Source: Squalus acanthias
Taxonomy: Eukaryota
Direction: 5' to 3'
Length of the DNA stretch: 64,000 bases
Assembly: GCA_030390025.1 (NCBI GenBank)
Contig: CM059446.1
Coordinates: 41,974,001 to 42,038,000, forward strand
Positions within the stretch are counted from its first letter, which is position 1, and the number at the start of each line of letters is the position of its first letter. A model generated the notes under the pieces. The model saw nothing but the letters and a program-made list of their open reading frames with translations, was not told where the DNA came from and ran no database searches. This document shows positions 12,926 to 26,084 of the stretch, piece by piece. A program made the translations under genes and the position numbers.

Positions 12926-14527
12926 GTGGAGGTGTGAATCCAATACCAATAGCCACCCCCACCCTCTGTGCAATGCTGCACTTCCGTAAGGCATCTACTC
13001 AAGAACAGATGCAGCTGTCAGCCAAGTGCTGATCCACAACACCACCTCAAAATGAAGTCACTGCAGCTTGGTGTCAAATGTGTTGCCTTAACCTTTCTTG
13101 AATTCTTTTGCTTTCTACATACTTTATTCATGAAATGTCAGTGTAGCAAAAATCCCACTGGCTTATTGCGAACAAGGGAAGAGCAATGTAAACCGAAACA
13201 CTGAAGTGTAATTACTGCTCATGGGGAGGTACGACAAAACCTGCTACATGATGCACAAGGTACTGCACAGCAGAGGTCCGAGGTATTCACCAGGCACGTC
13301 GCCCACATTAATAACTTATGGATGAATTCTAAAATCCCTGAATGTATCTGGCTCCCCTACACAGTACATAACACTTGGCTGAATAAACTATTGGGAAAAA
13401 ATACTGCTGGGGGGGGGGGGGGGGGGGGGGGAAAGGAAAGAAATTCAGCCAGATATTAAAACAAAAATGATTAAAATACAGGCGATATGATGCTCAGAGC
13501 ACGATGCGAGTTTTCCCCCCGCCCATTTAAAATTAAATTCCTAGTGAACAAGTTTTTAATATTTGGTCATTTACAAACAGTCAGTAACCTCTCAAAGAGC
13601 TCGTAAGGTCTGCAGGATAATTAAAAATTTTATAAATGACTGAAGTCATTTTGCATTTACCAGATACAAGATCAACCGTTTCAAAATGTAAACCCTGCCA
13701 GTGTGTAAAATGATTCAAAAATTCCAGGCACTTTTTAAAAAAAAAAGAGTAAAATGGTTAAATGAGATTGCCATGGGAGGTAGAAGGAGCAGAAGAAATA
13801 AAACAGTTAAACAAGAGGAAGAGGTATTAAAAGGAAGCAAGAACAAGCTCTGGGAGGGCTGCTGTAATGCTGTGCAGCAGGTATGGATGACAGGCAGGAA
13901 GCGATTGTGAATGCAAGTTAATTCAGGAGGTGTACAGGTCAGCTAATGATTCAGAATATTACGCACAGCACACAGGCCAGGGAATTCACATCAACACTGG
14001 CAGGTTTCTCAGTGCTACAACCTAGAAGGTAGATGCAACACAGGCTGCGTATAACGCTGCACACATATATAGAGGGACCAATAAACCGTTGAGGATCTCT
14101 GATCAAAAAGAGAAAAAAAAAAATCCAACCAATTCTTAGAAATGTAAATGACTTGCTAAAAGTATAATGGCTGATTGACCAATATGAAATTATGACTAAA
14201 AACTTCTGTATCTGTACGAATGCAAGGAGATTCCTCTCACCCCTCCCATCCACTTCACACTGACATACTCCAGTTTTTAATTCCCCATTCCCACATACCC
14301 TTCAGTGGGTAAGCTGGCGAATAGACCTTTATCACTGCCATTGTTGACCTAGCTCTAAGGACATGCAAGTATGAGCCAGAGAGACTCGACCTCTCCTACC
14401 CTGCAGAGAAACTCAAGCATCAATGCACTCTTACAATCTGCCTGTATATCAGTCACGACAAAGCAAAAGAAAAACACCACACATATTTTGGGCTTAAGTA
14501 CACAGAAGCAAGCTTATTTTTATTTTA

Positions 14528-14680
<153 letters not shown>

Positions 14681-14829
14681 TCAATTGCAATACATCAGAG
14701 GGCTTCAAAATAGCAAAAACCTGATGCAACTGGCATGAGTCGATAACAGAAGAGGTTATGTCTGTGAAATAAAAGTTAGAAAAAATACAATTACAAAAAT
14801 CAAAGAACTTTTACCGTTCTAGGATAGGA

Positions 14830-14980
14830 GCTCCTGCCTTCAGGCAGCTTTGGCAATGTGAAGAATTAGAGACTTCCTCAATGGTAAGCAACTTGGTGGT
14901 AACTGTGCTCTGAAACTCCCTCCCCAGTTTGCTCCATTTTGCTTAAAAACCTTCTCAAAGCCCTCATCTTTGATTGGGCC
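14830..14980 (+). mobile_element. Degenerate L2 LINE 3' fragment
   Basis: CTCTGAAACTCCCTCCCC...TTAAAAACCTTCTCAAAGCCCTCATCTTTGA resembles the L2 LWNSLP...FKxLLKTxLF end seen at 57850-57950 (minus strand). Confidence 0.45.
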
Positions 14981-16509
14981 TTCAGCCTCTACCCTTCCCC
15001 CCGCCCCTCCCTCATAACCTCTCTCCTGCTCCCTTCCCCCAAGTTTTCTTTTGACCTCCTGCTCAATGTCAACTGCTTCTCCTCCTGTGCGTGAGGAACA
15101 CTTCGAAATCAGCGCAGTTTTAGGGACAATGGCTCCAACGCCAAGTATAGGGACCAATTATCCATCTCTGGCCCCAACTGAAGTCTTTCTGATCATTTGC
15201 ATGTCAAGACTGTAGAACTACATGGGCAGAGAGAAAGGGAGAGGGAATAACACTTTACATTATAAATTCAGAGACCAATTCCTGCCCAAAAATAGAGGGA
15301 GGAATGCCTTTTTAGGAACCTGGCCAAAGCTTCACATTGTGCATTCTTCCTGGTGAGGAGCTTTGATTCAGCTACACTGTCTCAGTGGCCATTTTACCTC
15401 AGACATCGCTATGTCATTTAAAAATATTTAACTAAAATGTCCTAACATTCTATGGTGCTGAACTGGGCTGGAAAAGATGCATCTCCTTTTTAAAAAAAGA
15501 GAGAAAGGCAGCACCTCTCGTCACACTAATACAGACTCTACCCCACAACTGGCATCAGGTGAATTCAAGGGGTGAGACTTTCAGTCACATCAGCCCCATA
15601 GCCTCACATCAGAAACACAAGTGCCCAGGTACAAACAAACAATTACACAGTCTTTACCATCACCATGAATGCTGCGGTTTGAGGCAGTGATTATCTCCAG
15701 CCGTCATTGGAGAAATTTGAAATCATATCTCTGGGTAACTATGAGAAGATCAGAAATCAGCCAGAAGTAGTTATCTTGCTGATATGAATAAGCCTTAGCA
15801 GCTGGTGAAAGGCTTCATCACTAGTGACTGCTCTACTACCATTCACATTCTAATAATTTAAAAAACAGCAGAGACACACTCAACTCTCATCGACAAAAAA
15901 CCCCCATACTGGTGCTGGGGAGCCAGCGAGCTCCCTGCAGGTCTGGACACACAGCTCAGCCTTCCTAACTTCAGAACACAAGAGGTGAACAGGACTCCCA
16001 ACTTGTATGGAACTGAAACTAAAAGTTAAAACTGCATCTTTCAGTGCAGTAAACATTTAAATATCATCTTTTGCAGCCCCTTGGCTGTGGGGATTTTTGG
16101 GGTCCCCATTCAGCAGCAAGTCTTCCTCATTTTCACTGGAGTTCGAGACGGACGTGCACACACAGACTACGATGTCATTGTCTTCCCTTACTGCCTCACT
16201 GTGGAGAGAGAAGGAAACTGCACCTCCCGTCTTGCAGTCAGGTGCAGAAACAAATAATTAACGATACCACTCTGCACTATGGGGAAATTGAGTGTGGGAG
16301 GTCACTATTGTGATCTCACACACAATACATACAGGTTTGCTCCACCCGATTCCTTCCCTTTTACAGTGGTGCAATTCTTTTGCTTTTGAAGGAAGGGAAC
16401 AAAAAAAAGGGAAGAATAGGTCTTAATGTGGCACTACAGAAAACTGCATGTCAGTTACCAAAATAATGTGAATAAAAATCTGGTAAACAACCCAGAATGG
16501 GTTTTGAAA

Positions 16510-16725
16510 CTTGGCCAATATTTAATCCCTCAACCAACATCACTAAAAAACATTATCTGGTTATTATCACATTGCTGTTTTTGGGACCTTGCTGTGCACA
16601 ATTTGGCTGCCGCATTTCCGACATTACAACAGTGACTACACTTCAAAAGTACTTCTTCATTGGCTGTAAAACGCTTTGGGACGTTTGGAGATAGTGAAAG
16701 GCACTACATAAATGCAAGTTCTTTT
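16510..16725 (+). mobile_element. Deu-domain SINE, 3' half
   Basis: TGGCCAATATTTAATCCCTCAACCAACATCAC...ACAGTGACTACACTTCAAAAGTAC...GTGAAAGGCACTACATAAATGCAAGTT. Confidence 0.85.
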
Positions 16726-17160
16726 TGTTTTTATATCCCTTCTGAGGGGACACAGGAGTGAGGCCCAGCTAAAGGTCTCAATAGATCAGGATAAAACAGC
16801 ACACCTGATGGAGGAGACGACTTTCAGAGGTTGGGTTCAAGTCCGAGTTGCTAATGGAACAAATTAGCATTCAGTCAGGCCCACAACGTCACTGCCTTAC
16901 AGCAACATGCAAGACATTAACAGGTGGAAAAAAAATAGGAAATTTTTAAATGACAGTTAATTGAGAAATGACGACTAGGCCAATCTGGAAAGGCAACAAG
17001 ATGGGCCTCACTGCGCAATGCGACCAGTGCAGTTTGCTGTATAGAATAATTAGAGGCACACATGAATTTGGTTCCATTTACAGTTTGAGTTGTAGGATGG
17101 AACCAAATTTCTGACCAATCTTATTGAATAAGGGAGCACGAGAGGTATTTCAATATTATT

Positions 17161-17750
17161 CATTAATAGAGGCAGAGAGTACAAAAGCAAGGAAGTTATG
17201 ATGAACCTTTATAAAACACTGGTTTTGCCACAACTGGAGTATTGTGTCCAATTCTGGGCACTGCACTTTAGGAAGAATGTGAAGGCCTTAGAGAGGGTGC
17301 AGAAAAGATTTACGAGAATGGTTCCAGAGATGAGGGACTTCAGCAATGTGGATAGACTGGAGAAGCTGGGGTTGTTCTCCTTAGAGCAGAGAAGGTCGAG
17401 AGGAGATTTGATAGATGTGCTCAAAATCATGAGGGGTCTAGACAGAGTAGATAGAGAGAAACTGTTCCCATTGGCAGAAGGGTCGAGAACCAGAGGACAC
17501 AGATTTAAAGAGATTGGCAGAAGAACCAAAGGCGACATGAGGGAAACTTTTTTACGCAACAAGTTGTTAGGATCTGGAATGCACTGTCTGAGAGGGTGGT
17601 TGTGGCAAATTCAATCGTGGATTTCAAAAGGGAATTGGATAAGTACCAGAAGGGGGGAGTGGGACCAGCTGAAGTGCTCTTGCAGAGAGCCGGCACGGGC
17701 TCGATGGGCCGAATGGCCTCCTTCTGTGCTGTAACCATTCTATGATTCTA
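17161..17750 (+). mobile_element. 5'-truncated CR1 (HER1-like) LINE
   Basis: ORF 17198-17734 LYKTLVLPQLEYCVQFWALHFRKNVKALERVQKRFTRMVP; GATGGGCCGAATGGCCTCCTTCTGTGCTG...ATTCTATGATTCTAT tail. Confidence 0.93.
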
Positions 17751-17837
17751 TATATTGAAAATAAAAGAATCAAATATAGTATCCACAGATCTTATCTCAC
17801 ACTGCATGAATAAAAAAAAAAAAATGATAACACCCAC

Positions 17838-17923
17838 CTCTCCTGGCCAGCTGTGTCCCACAGCTGAAGGTGTATCCTCTGTCCCCTTCCTGCATTACCA
17901 TCTGGGCCACTGGCCTTATAAAC
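17838..17923 (-). CDS. RAB27A: Rab-27A coding exon 2 (WDTAGQE, G3 motif)
   Basis: 86 nt, [28 protein letters not shown](R); acceptor TTTTATAG, donor GTGGGT. Confidence 0.97.
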
Positions 17924-18426
17924 CTATAAAAAGATTACAACTTTATTAAAAATCAGTAACTTAGGTTACGACAGCAGAGCAGCGAATATGAGAATAATGC
18001 AAGTTGGCCATAGTCGGAGAGGAGGTCAGAGATTCTATATAGCGCATTTCTGTACAAGCACCGGCTGATTTAACTTGGCCTTTTTGCCAGAATGAAGGGC
18101 ACGTGCAACACTGGTTTTAAAGCCAATACCATCTGGAAAAGGTCAATATTTGTTTCCATGCGGAACACCTACAGACATTAGGCAATAGGCTTCATTGTGA
18201 AGTTATTGCTCATATGGGCCCCATTCTATAGCATCTTAGTGAGCTGGCAGGAGTGTTTCCAACATTCGATTGGGTGAAGATAGCACAACACAACAATTCA
18301 CCAAAATATGTTTTGCCACATCTGGTCAGTCACAGCGAGAGGCCCTAGTGCTGGAGACCAGGATATTTCCAGTCTTCACACCCAGCCTCAGCATCAAAAT
18401 CACTCCCAGGTAAATTAAAATTCTCA

Positions 18427-18810
18427 CCCCCTCCTCTGAACCTCAGAGGAGCTCCTACTGCTGCAACACTGGCCATGACTTATTGCCAATTTGTACCATT
18501 TTATGGGTAGGGCAAGTGATTCATCAAGCAGAAAATGGCATTTTCACCATCTCAGGGACTTTTAAGAAGCGAACTTGTGGTGCTCATGAACCAAATGCAC
18601 TTCAAAAAGGCAAGTGTAGAAATGTGTAGTATCTGTGGTGGATGTCAGGCCACATCACTAGTCCTAATTATGGGCAGTTTTATGCTGTGGGCCCAAAGCC
18701 ATCAAAGACGGCCAAGAAAGAAGCACAACCCCCCCCTCCTCCGAACCTCAGAGGAGCTCCCACTGCTGCAACACTGGCCATGACTTATTGCCAATTTGTA
18801 CCATTTTATG
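18427..18810. repeat. Dispersed direct duplication of about 79 bp (18427-18505 and 18732-18810)
   Basis: CCCCCTCCTC(T/C)GAACCTCAGAGGAGCTCC(T/C)ACTGCTGCAACACTGGCCATGACTTATTGCCAATTTGTACCATTTTATG occurs twice, 305 bp apart, with 2 differences. Confidence 0.92.
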
Positions 18811-19072
18811 AGGGGAAATCTAGAACTTGGGGGCACAGTCTCAGAGGGTTGTAAATCTGTGGAATTCTCTGCCCCAGAGAGCTGTGGAGACTGGGTCATT
18901 AAATACATTTAAAGTGGAGAGACACAAATTTTTGCAAGATAAGGGAGTGAAGGGTTATGGAGAGCAGGCTGGGAAGTGGCTTTGAGCCCAAGATCAGCCA
19001 TGATCTTATTGAATGGCGGAGCAGGCTCGAGGGGCCAAGTGGCCTATTCCTGCTCCTATTCCTTATGTTCTT
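18811..19072 (+). mobile_element. CR1 LINE 3' fragment
   Basis: TGTGGAATTCTCTGCCCCAGAG...GATCAGCCATGATCTTATTGAATGGCGGAGCAGGCTCGAGGGGCC...CCTTATGTTCTT; same subfamily tail as 4537-5174. Confidence 0.9.
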
Positions 19073-20142
19073 AACCCACGAGTAGCCACTGCATGGAAAG
19101 TGTGAACAGCCGAGACTACATGCAGTGATGAAAGTGAAGTCTTTGCATTCGTCATGTATGAACTTATTCTTTTTTCTTGACGAATTAAGGTTCACCAAGA
19201 AAAATAGTGCAGACATTTTAACAAACTGTATATCCTCCAGTGACTTCCTGCTGGAGACACGTGTTGTTGGAGACGCGGGTTACGGGCTTCTGGTTTGCAA
19301 ACTGAAGAGGAGGATGAACATCAAGCCCAAGGGAGCTGGATGCCAAAAAGGTGCTCAACACAAGGGCAGGACGGAAGCAGTGACCCCAGGAGAAAGAGGG
19401 AGCAGATAGAAGGTTGGCCGAGTCTGTGTGATGGAGACAGACAAGGTACAGAAAACCACACTGGCCTTGTATGAAACCCAATTACAAGTCTCAGTAGGTT
19501 ATCTTACTGAGCAATCCAGCAGTAATTCATTGGAAAATCTCAGTGACTAAAACAAGTGGCACTTGGCTCTATAACTCCTTCAAGTGCAATATGTTCTTGC
19601 TGAACCAGATCAGCTGTTGGTGGCTTTTTGATGAGAGATAAAGACGAACGGCGGCTGAAAGTGGTTTTTGGCAGCTGCGCCACCCACGCCACTGTCGATG
19701 AAACATGTTGGAGCAAATTGTAGCTCAGACACGACCCTGGAGGCACTTCTGGCTACAGATTTTGGAAAAAAGTGGCTGGAGAGTGATCAGCTGCAATAAA
19801 AAACTCGAGGTAATGGGAACAATTCAACAAGAAACTAACTAGAGGATTAAACAGTTACAAGTCAGCAAAAACAGCTCTCAAAATAATCAGACAATAATAA
19901 TTAGCTGCTGCTTAAAATCAAGACAGACGACTATTAAACCACAATGCAAGTCAATTGCTTTAATTATAGCACTTAAATTCACAGCAGAAAATACTAGAGA
20001 CAGCACTTCATCCACTAGGTGAATCACATGCAATTATTCTCACAATCAAAATAGTTGCAGAATGATCAGACACACTTAAGCTCACAGACAAAATACATTC
20101 CAAGGTGAAGGAGGCAACATCACTTTTTATCCTTTTACAAAA

Positions 20143-20594
20143 AGAAAAAGACTTCATTTATATAGCGCCTTTCACGACCACCTGACGTCTCAAAGTGCTT
20201 TACAGTCAACGAAGTACTTTTGAAGTGTAGTCACTGTTGTAATGTGGGAAACACTGCAGCCAATTTGCACACAGCAAGCTCCCACAAACAGCAATGTGAT
20301 AATGCACAGATAATCTGTTTTTGTTATGTTGGTTGAGGGAGAAATATTGGCCAGGACACTGGGGATAACTCCCCTGCTCTTCTTCGAAATAGTGCCATGG
20401 GATCTCTTACGTCCACCTGAGAGCGCAGACGGGGCCTCGGTTTAACATCTCATCCGAAAGACGGCACCTCCGACAGTGCAGCACTCCACTAGAGTGTCAG
20501 CCTAGCTTTATGTGCTCAAGTCCCTGGAGTGGGACTTGAACCCACAACCTTCTGACTCAGAGGCGAGTGTGCTACCCACTGAGCCACAGCTGAC
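20143..20594 (-). mobile_element. Near full-length tRNA-derived Deu-domain SINE
   Basis: Minus strand: A box TGGCTCAGTGG, B box GGTTCAAGTCC, Deu-like core, L2-like tail GTGAAAGGCGCTATATAAATGAAGTC. Confidence 0.92.
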
Positions 20595-23500
20595 AGAAAA
20601 AGGACTTTTTTTTAAAAAAGGTACTGAAGGTAGCAAAGCACCAATATTTCAAATCTCACTTCCATACTCTCGCCCCAGTGTACTTGATACTTACCTGCAG
20701 CAAGCCCTCGTTTTTGGGAATGGTGCTCTCCCCCCCCCCAATTAAGCCTTCGAAAGGACATAGACTGCCATCTCACTAGTTTGAGCGCATTGGAGTCCAG
20801 GTTCCAGAATCAAGTGTCGAAACCCATAGGGTTGCCAATGCTTCAAGTACTTTTGAGCCTCCACTTAACATTTATGTCTTTTTTCAAAAAAAGTGTATAT
20901 TTTTTGATGCTATGCAATATAAAAAAAATCAACTTTCCCCCTTCCTGAAAGAGTGGTTGGGTTGCTGGGTTACGATTCCATTGGTACCTCAGTTGTGATT
21001 CATCTATGGGAATTCCCAGCCAAGGCTGATCTAGTTTTCACCCAAAGCCCACGTTCACACAATTCCCATCGGGGCCACTGAACTGGTAACAGGTGTGAGA
21101 ATCCTGGTCAATTGTTCCCTCCCTGGGGCTAATTATAGGCCCCTACTCCTGCATGGTTGAGATCAACTAACTCCGCAGACTGGAGATCCAACCTGGTGCC
21201 TTCTGGCCTCAGCTCAACGGCGCTAAACTTTAGCAAGATCAAGGTTGCACCAAGTTAAAAATGTATTTTTGGAAACAGAACATTTTCTATTTCAGTTACT
21301 CTGTAGCATCAATCCCCCCCCCCCCCCCCCAAACCCCCAAAGTTGGGTACAACAGATTAGGTGCAGGGTAAAGTTCCCTCTACTCTTTCCCAACAATGTA
21401 CTTCACTCATCAGCCTCAGATGAACACCCCCCCCCCCCCCCCCCCACACCCCACATTCTGTTTCTACACAAGCCATCCTTGTGGCTCATGAGATTACCCA
21501 TTAGAGCCAAGTTAGGGGCAGTTTTATGCTGTGGTGCCAAGCCCATTATGAACTGGCTTGACAAAGAAAAAGGTCTTCAGCATGTCAGGCAAGCTAGAAT
21601 TAAAAAAAAACTTAGCTCCTGGGAGGGAATGGCCAATGCACCAACTCACTGCACACCCAGTTCCCCTTTATATACTGTGTGTTTTTTTTTTAAATTGGCA
21701 CTTGTTGAGCCAACTTTTTGGCTAATAGTAACCCTATGACCAGGGTATCACTTTCAGCACTCACTGACCAGTAACAATCACGTGACTTTTCATTACAGGG
21801 CTCTGGACCAAGGCCAGTAAAGGTAGGCTAGGAATTTGGCAGGTTTGAGCTTGTACAACCACCACTCTTCAAATAACAAATCCAAAACACCGTGTCCATT
21901 AGCTCATAATAAACATCTGTGCTAATGTCACCAACCTCTTCCCTTTAGACCCAGCCTGCCTCAACATTTCCAGCTGAGTGAGTACAGCTCGCCCATCATT
22001 ACAGCTTTTATTGTGGCATCGCCAACCCTCAATTGGGATGCCGTTGTGGAATTTGGGCTGGTGCATTTCAGAGATTTGTTTTGCTGTCAAAAAAAAAGAG
22101 CAGAAACAGAAAGCAAATGGCAGAAGAGCCAATAAGAGAGCAGGGATAGGCATGAGAACATGCTGCGCAGACAGAGAAGTGTAATAGAGCACAAGAAGAG
22201 AGTGTAACTTAACCTCAACCACACAATTTCAACTCATCATTGTGGTGTTCAGACAGTGTGATGGCTGCAATCGTCCCATCACAGGCCAACAGTTTTTGGA
22301 TTCATAAGTAAAGCATTCAATAAGGCAGGCATGTCTGAGCACCTCTGAAGTTTTTCTTTAAACACTTTGGGGGGGGGGGCAGGAAATGTCTCTTTGATAA
22401 ATGCTGATGATAACTGGGGGGAAATTTTGCTGAGAGAAGTTAATGAGCCTGCGAGTGAGAGGAAGCTAAATTAACATCAGTAGATGAAGTCATTAACCAA
22501 GAGCTGATCAGAGACTTAATTTCGATGGCATTTACTAATTTAGCTCCCACACGCTGGCAACATCTCATCTCCCCGCTGTCATCAACATTCATCTTAAAAA
22601 CAAAAAACAGTCCAAATATTTAAACAGTATGGAAGGGAGAAAAAGAAAATGTAAAAATTAAACCATTATTTCAGATAGTCTGACATAACGAGATATACTG
22701 AAAATGAGGTTGCCTATTAAAAAGTACAGATAAATATTAAGGCTGTAGCTGCCCGTTCATGGTTGAGGGCTTCCCAAGGGCTCTGTGAATAAGTGGACTT
22801 TTGGGCGCCAAGCCAGATATAACAATAAAAGGACCCAAGATTTAATCCTTGGTTTTTGAAGAGTTTGCTGAATGCCACACTCTGCTGAGGTGGTACCATC
22901 AGTGAGCAAAGGATAAATCAGCCAGACATGCCAGTGACCCCTGCTGAAAAGTGCACGTAAAGGAAGGTCCAGTAAGACGACGACCAGGTGATGCCCATCA
23001 TTACCAAACACCATGGTCTAGGTTCTTGCATGAAGACTGACCACTTCAATGCAGTACAAAGGGCTCCTGATGAGAGTGGAACTCAACCCCAGCTGGCATC
23101 AACATCGGGAGTGGAGGGGAGAAAAAAATTGCTTACTTCCCTCCCGTCCCCCCCCCCCCTTCACTTTTATTGGTGTATTCTCATCTCTCTCTGCACAGAA
23201 AAAAAAACATATGCTCTGAAGTTGCCATAACATTTCCTTTACTGTCAGTCCCTTTGTTGCTTTAATTTGGTTTGTCTTTCTCCTGGAGGAACAGATGGAA
23301 GCAGATTGTATAAAATGCAAGTCTTTTAAGGCCGCAGCATATTTTTAGCTATGGACACATTACCTCATACCTCTAGTAGCCTCAACTATTTTTCCAATCC
23401 TGCCCCTCACAAATTGACTATGAAGCCCAAAAGTTGTGGGAAGAGATCTGCTATCAAACAAAAAACGTCAACCCATCCCAATTTAACAAGCCTTTCAAAG

Positions 23501-24784
23501 TGTTTACTGTAGTTTTAAGAATGTGGTTTTACTAACGAAGTGAGCTTTTGACAGTCAAATTCTTTGACGACAGATTTCACGCTGCCACAAGACTGCAGCT
23601 GCCAAGGCAATAGCATGCCATTAATTGAAGCATTCATCAAAATGTATACTACACTATTACAAGTTTCATAGATGAGAACCTCGTGATTGAGCCATCTGGG
23701 AATCAAATTCAGACACAGATCACACTGCAGCTAATGGAGACAAACTTCACTCCTAATGAATCAGCTGCAGCGTTCTGTGAGCAACCCTTGGAGACATATC
23801 AACAGGGGCCACTATCCTATTGGCAAGGCCATTGACTGTTTACAGAAAAATGGATGGACTGATGAAATGAGATACCAGCCCACTGGGGGAAAAATACCAG
23901 AATCCCATGGAGCAAAAATGGAATTTTACTTATTCGTGTAACATAAACCAGAGGCCTTAAAACATAGAAGGGGACAGAATTGCAGAACAAGATTCCCAGA
24001 ATCCATTAAAAAAACACAGAAGTTAGCTTGATTAAGATTGCAATAAACAGACGCTCAACCACTGCAAAATTATTTGCCCAGCATCCACAACTCCAAAGGC
24101 AGGGCATACAGAAATAAATAGCTGGACGAGGAGCAGGACACGGACAGCAACTTGACCACTGCATCTTTATTGGAGGTTCTTGGTTGACATTAAGATTGGA
24201 GAGTGGGGTGAGAGACAAAGGAAGTAGTTAAAAAGTGTTGGAATAGGTTTTCTAAAGTTACATATTTGAACATTTTTACTGAAGTGTAGACAAAAAAAAA
24301 TGCCAAGTGGGTCAGTTTTAAAAAACAACCACACTAAGAGGTAAATAAAATGCATATCCTGTTGAGTTGATGGTTGCAAATTGCTCCAGCCGTCTCCTTC
24401 CTCTCAGATTATTAATTTCAACAAACATTTGGCCAAATTCTCAAACTTCCTTTGCAAATGATCCCTCGGATCTGGGTTTTACTACAAGGATGCATGTACT
24501 CGAGTCGGTTTCTCAAGATGGAGGAGCTAAACTGGGAGATATGGTCTTGCCCATTTTTCAGAAGCTCATCTTTCTTTAAAAAAACCTCCTCCTCCAAGAT
24601 CTAAAGTATAAAATTGGGGAGGGGTTGGGGGGGTTTAAGCAATGTAATTACAGTTTATTCTGAGACTTGGGGTTGAAACTCCAGGGGAGGGATTTTGGGG
24701 TAAAATTTCCACTTAACCCACAAATGTGCCCCGACCCCATTCCGAATCCCAGGCCGTGGTATATTGCAAGTGGGTGATCTGAAC

Positions 24785-24998
24785 CAGGGTCTGGAACTCA
24801 CAGCCTGAAAGGGTGGTAGAGGCAGAGATCCTCATCACATTTAAAAAGTACTTGGATATGCACTTGAAGTGACATAACCTACAAGGCTACAGACCAAGTG
24901 CTGGAAAGTGGGATTAGGGTGGATAGCTCACTGTCGGCCAGCATGGACAAGATGGGCTGAATGGCCTCCTTCTGTGCTGTAAATTTCTATGATTCTAT
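24785..24998 (+). mobile_element. CR1 (HER1-like) LINE 3' end
   Basis: Closely matches the 3' end of the element at 48635-50270; ends TTTCTATGATTCTAT. Confidence 0.9.
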
Positions 24999-25764
24999 CT
25001 TCAGCATAACTGAGGCACCCGTTCAAGGTGGTCGAGGAACAACTGCGCTGACATGGGGTGTGACAGCAAAATATTTAAAAAAATTAAACTGAGCATTTGT
25101 TTTTGGAAATGAAATAAAACAAACATTACTTAAAGCCTCCTCTTAAGGTGTGCTTTGCACCCAATAGTTACAAGCCTCAAGTGGAGGAAAATATATTGGA
25201 TGGCAGCTCAATATGGCCGCCCACTGCCAGAATTTCCGATGGGAAGGAGGGGGCGATGGGAGACAAAAGGCCCCGTGGTAACCATCCCCAACCCAAAAGG
25301 TTTGGGGCCCATCATGACCAGACTCTCTAGTTCAGCAAAGGTTTTGAATATTAATCCAAACAGGAGAGCGAGTGAGAAAAAAAGATAGCAAGGGAGAGAC
25401 AGATGATAACAGAAATAAGACAAGACACCAGAAGGGTGGAAACCTCTGGTTTAAAGTGTCTCAGGTTGTATTAGTGATAGGAGTCTGAATTAGCTAGACC
25501 AGCCAATGGGGATTGTGGGGGCGGGGTAAATTAGTATGGGGCACCAATCAACACATTAGATGAGTTGAGGCATGAATTTCAGTCAATTTTAAGCCTTATT
25601 CAATCTTCAAAATGCAGGATTACTCTGGACTTGCAGATCAGAAGAACATTCATTTAACAATTTTCCCCATAATTGACAACAACCAGAGTTGCTATACACA
25701 TTACAAAAAAAGAATGGAAATGTTCATTTGTGCCTTATTATTTGCATTTACAATTCCAAATCTG

Positions 25765-25831
25765 AAGAAATCCTCAAAAAGAGTCACTATAGCTCAGCTG
25801 AAATCCTCAAAAAAAGTCACAATAGCTCAGC
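25765..25831. repeat. Imperfect tandem duplication of about 33 bp
   Basis: GAAATCCTCAAAAAGAGTCACTATAGCTCAGC / GAAATCCTCAAAAAAAGTCACAATAGCTCAGC. Confidence 0.85.
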
Positions 25832-26084
25832 ATTTGTTCAACAGGAAGCATTGAAGCAAAACATCTCGCTTATCTGTACTCATACCATGCTTCACGCTCT
25901 GCTGAACCTGTTGTCAAAGAAGCCACAGTCCGTATAGACAACGGCCAATATATCTGCATCTGTCAAACAAATTTCAGTGGGAACAAACTTCTGCCTTAAC
26001 CCCTCCTGCAAACTGCAGCAATAATAAAAAGTTTAACCCAAAATTGTAGCTTAAACCATTCTTGCTTAATCCAAATTAAAAAGC

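Noticed and set aside
13409-13431. Long G or C homopolymers (also about 21314, 21427, 32699, 46260 and 56141)
   Set aside because: Simple mononucleotide runs of unreliable length, with no further structure.
20510-20594. tRNA genes at SINE heads (also 48470-48546 and 51012-51075)
   Set aside because: The A/B boxes continue into the SINE body and tail; these are tRNA-derived SINE heads, not stand-alone tRNA genes.
23067-23095. Other CUGANGA plus hairpin hits (also about 54707, 61364 and 9350)
   Set aside because: No GAAA after helix II and no helix I/III closure, so they are not hammerheads.
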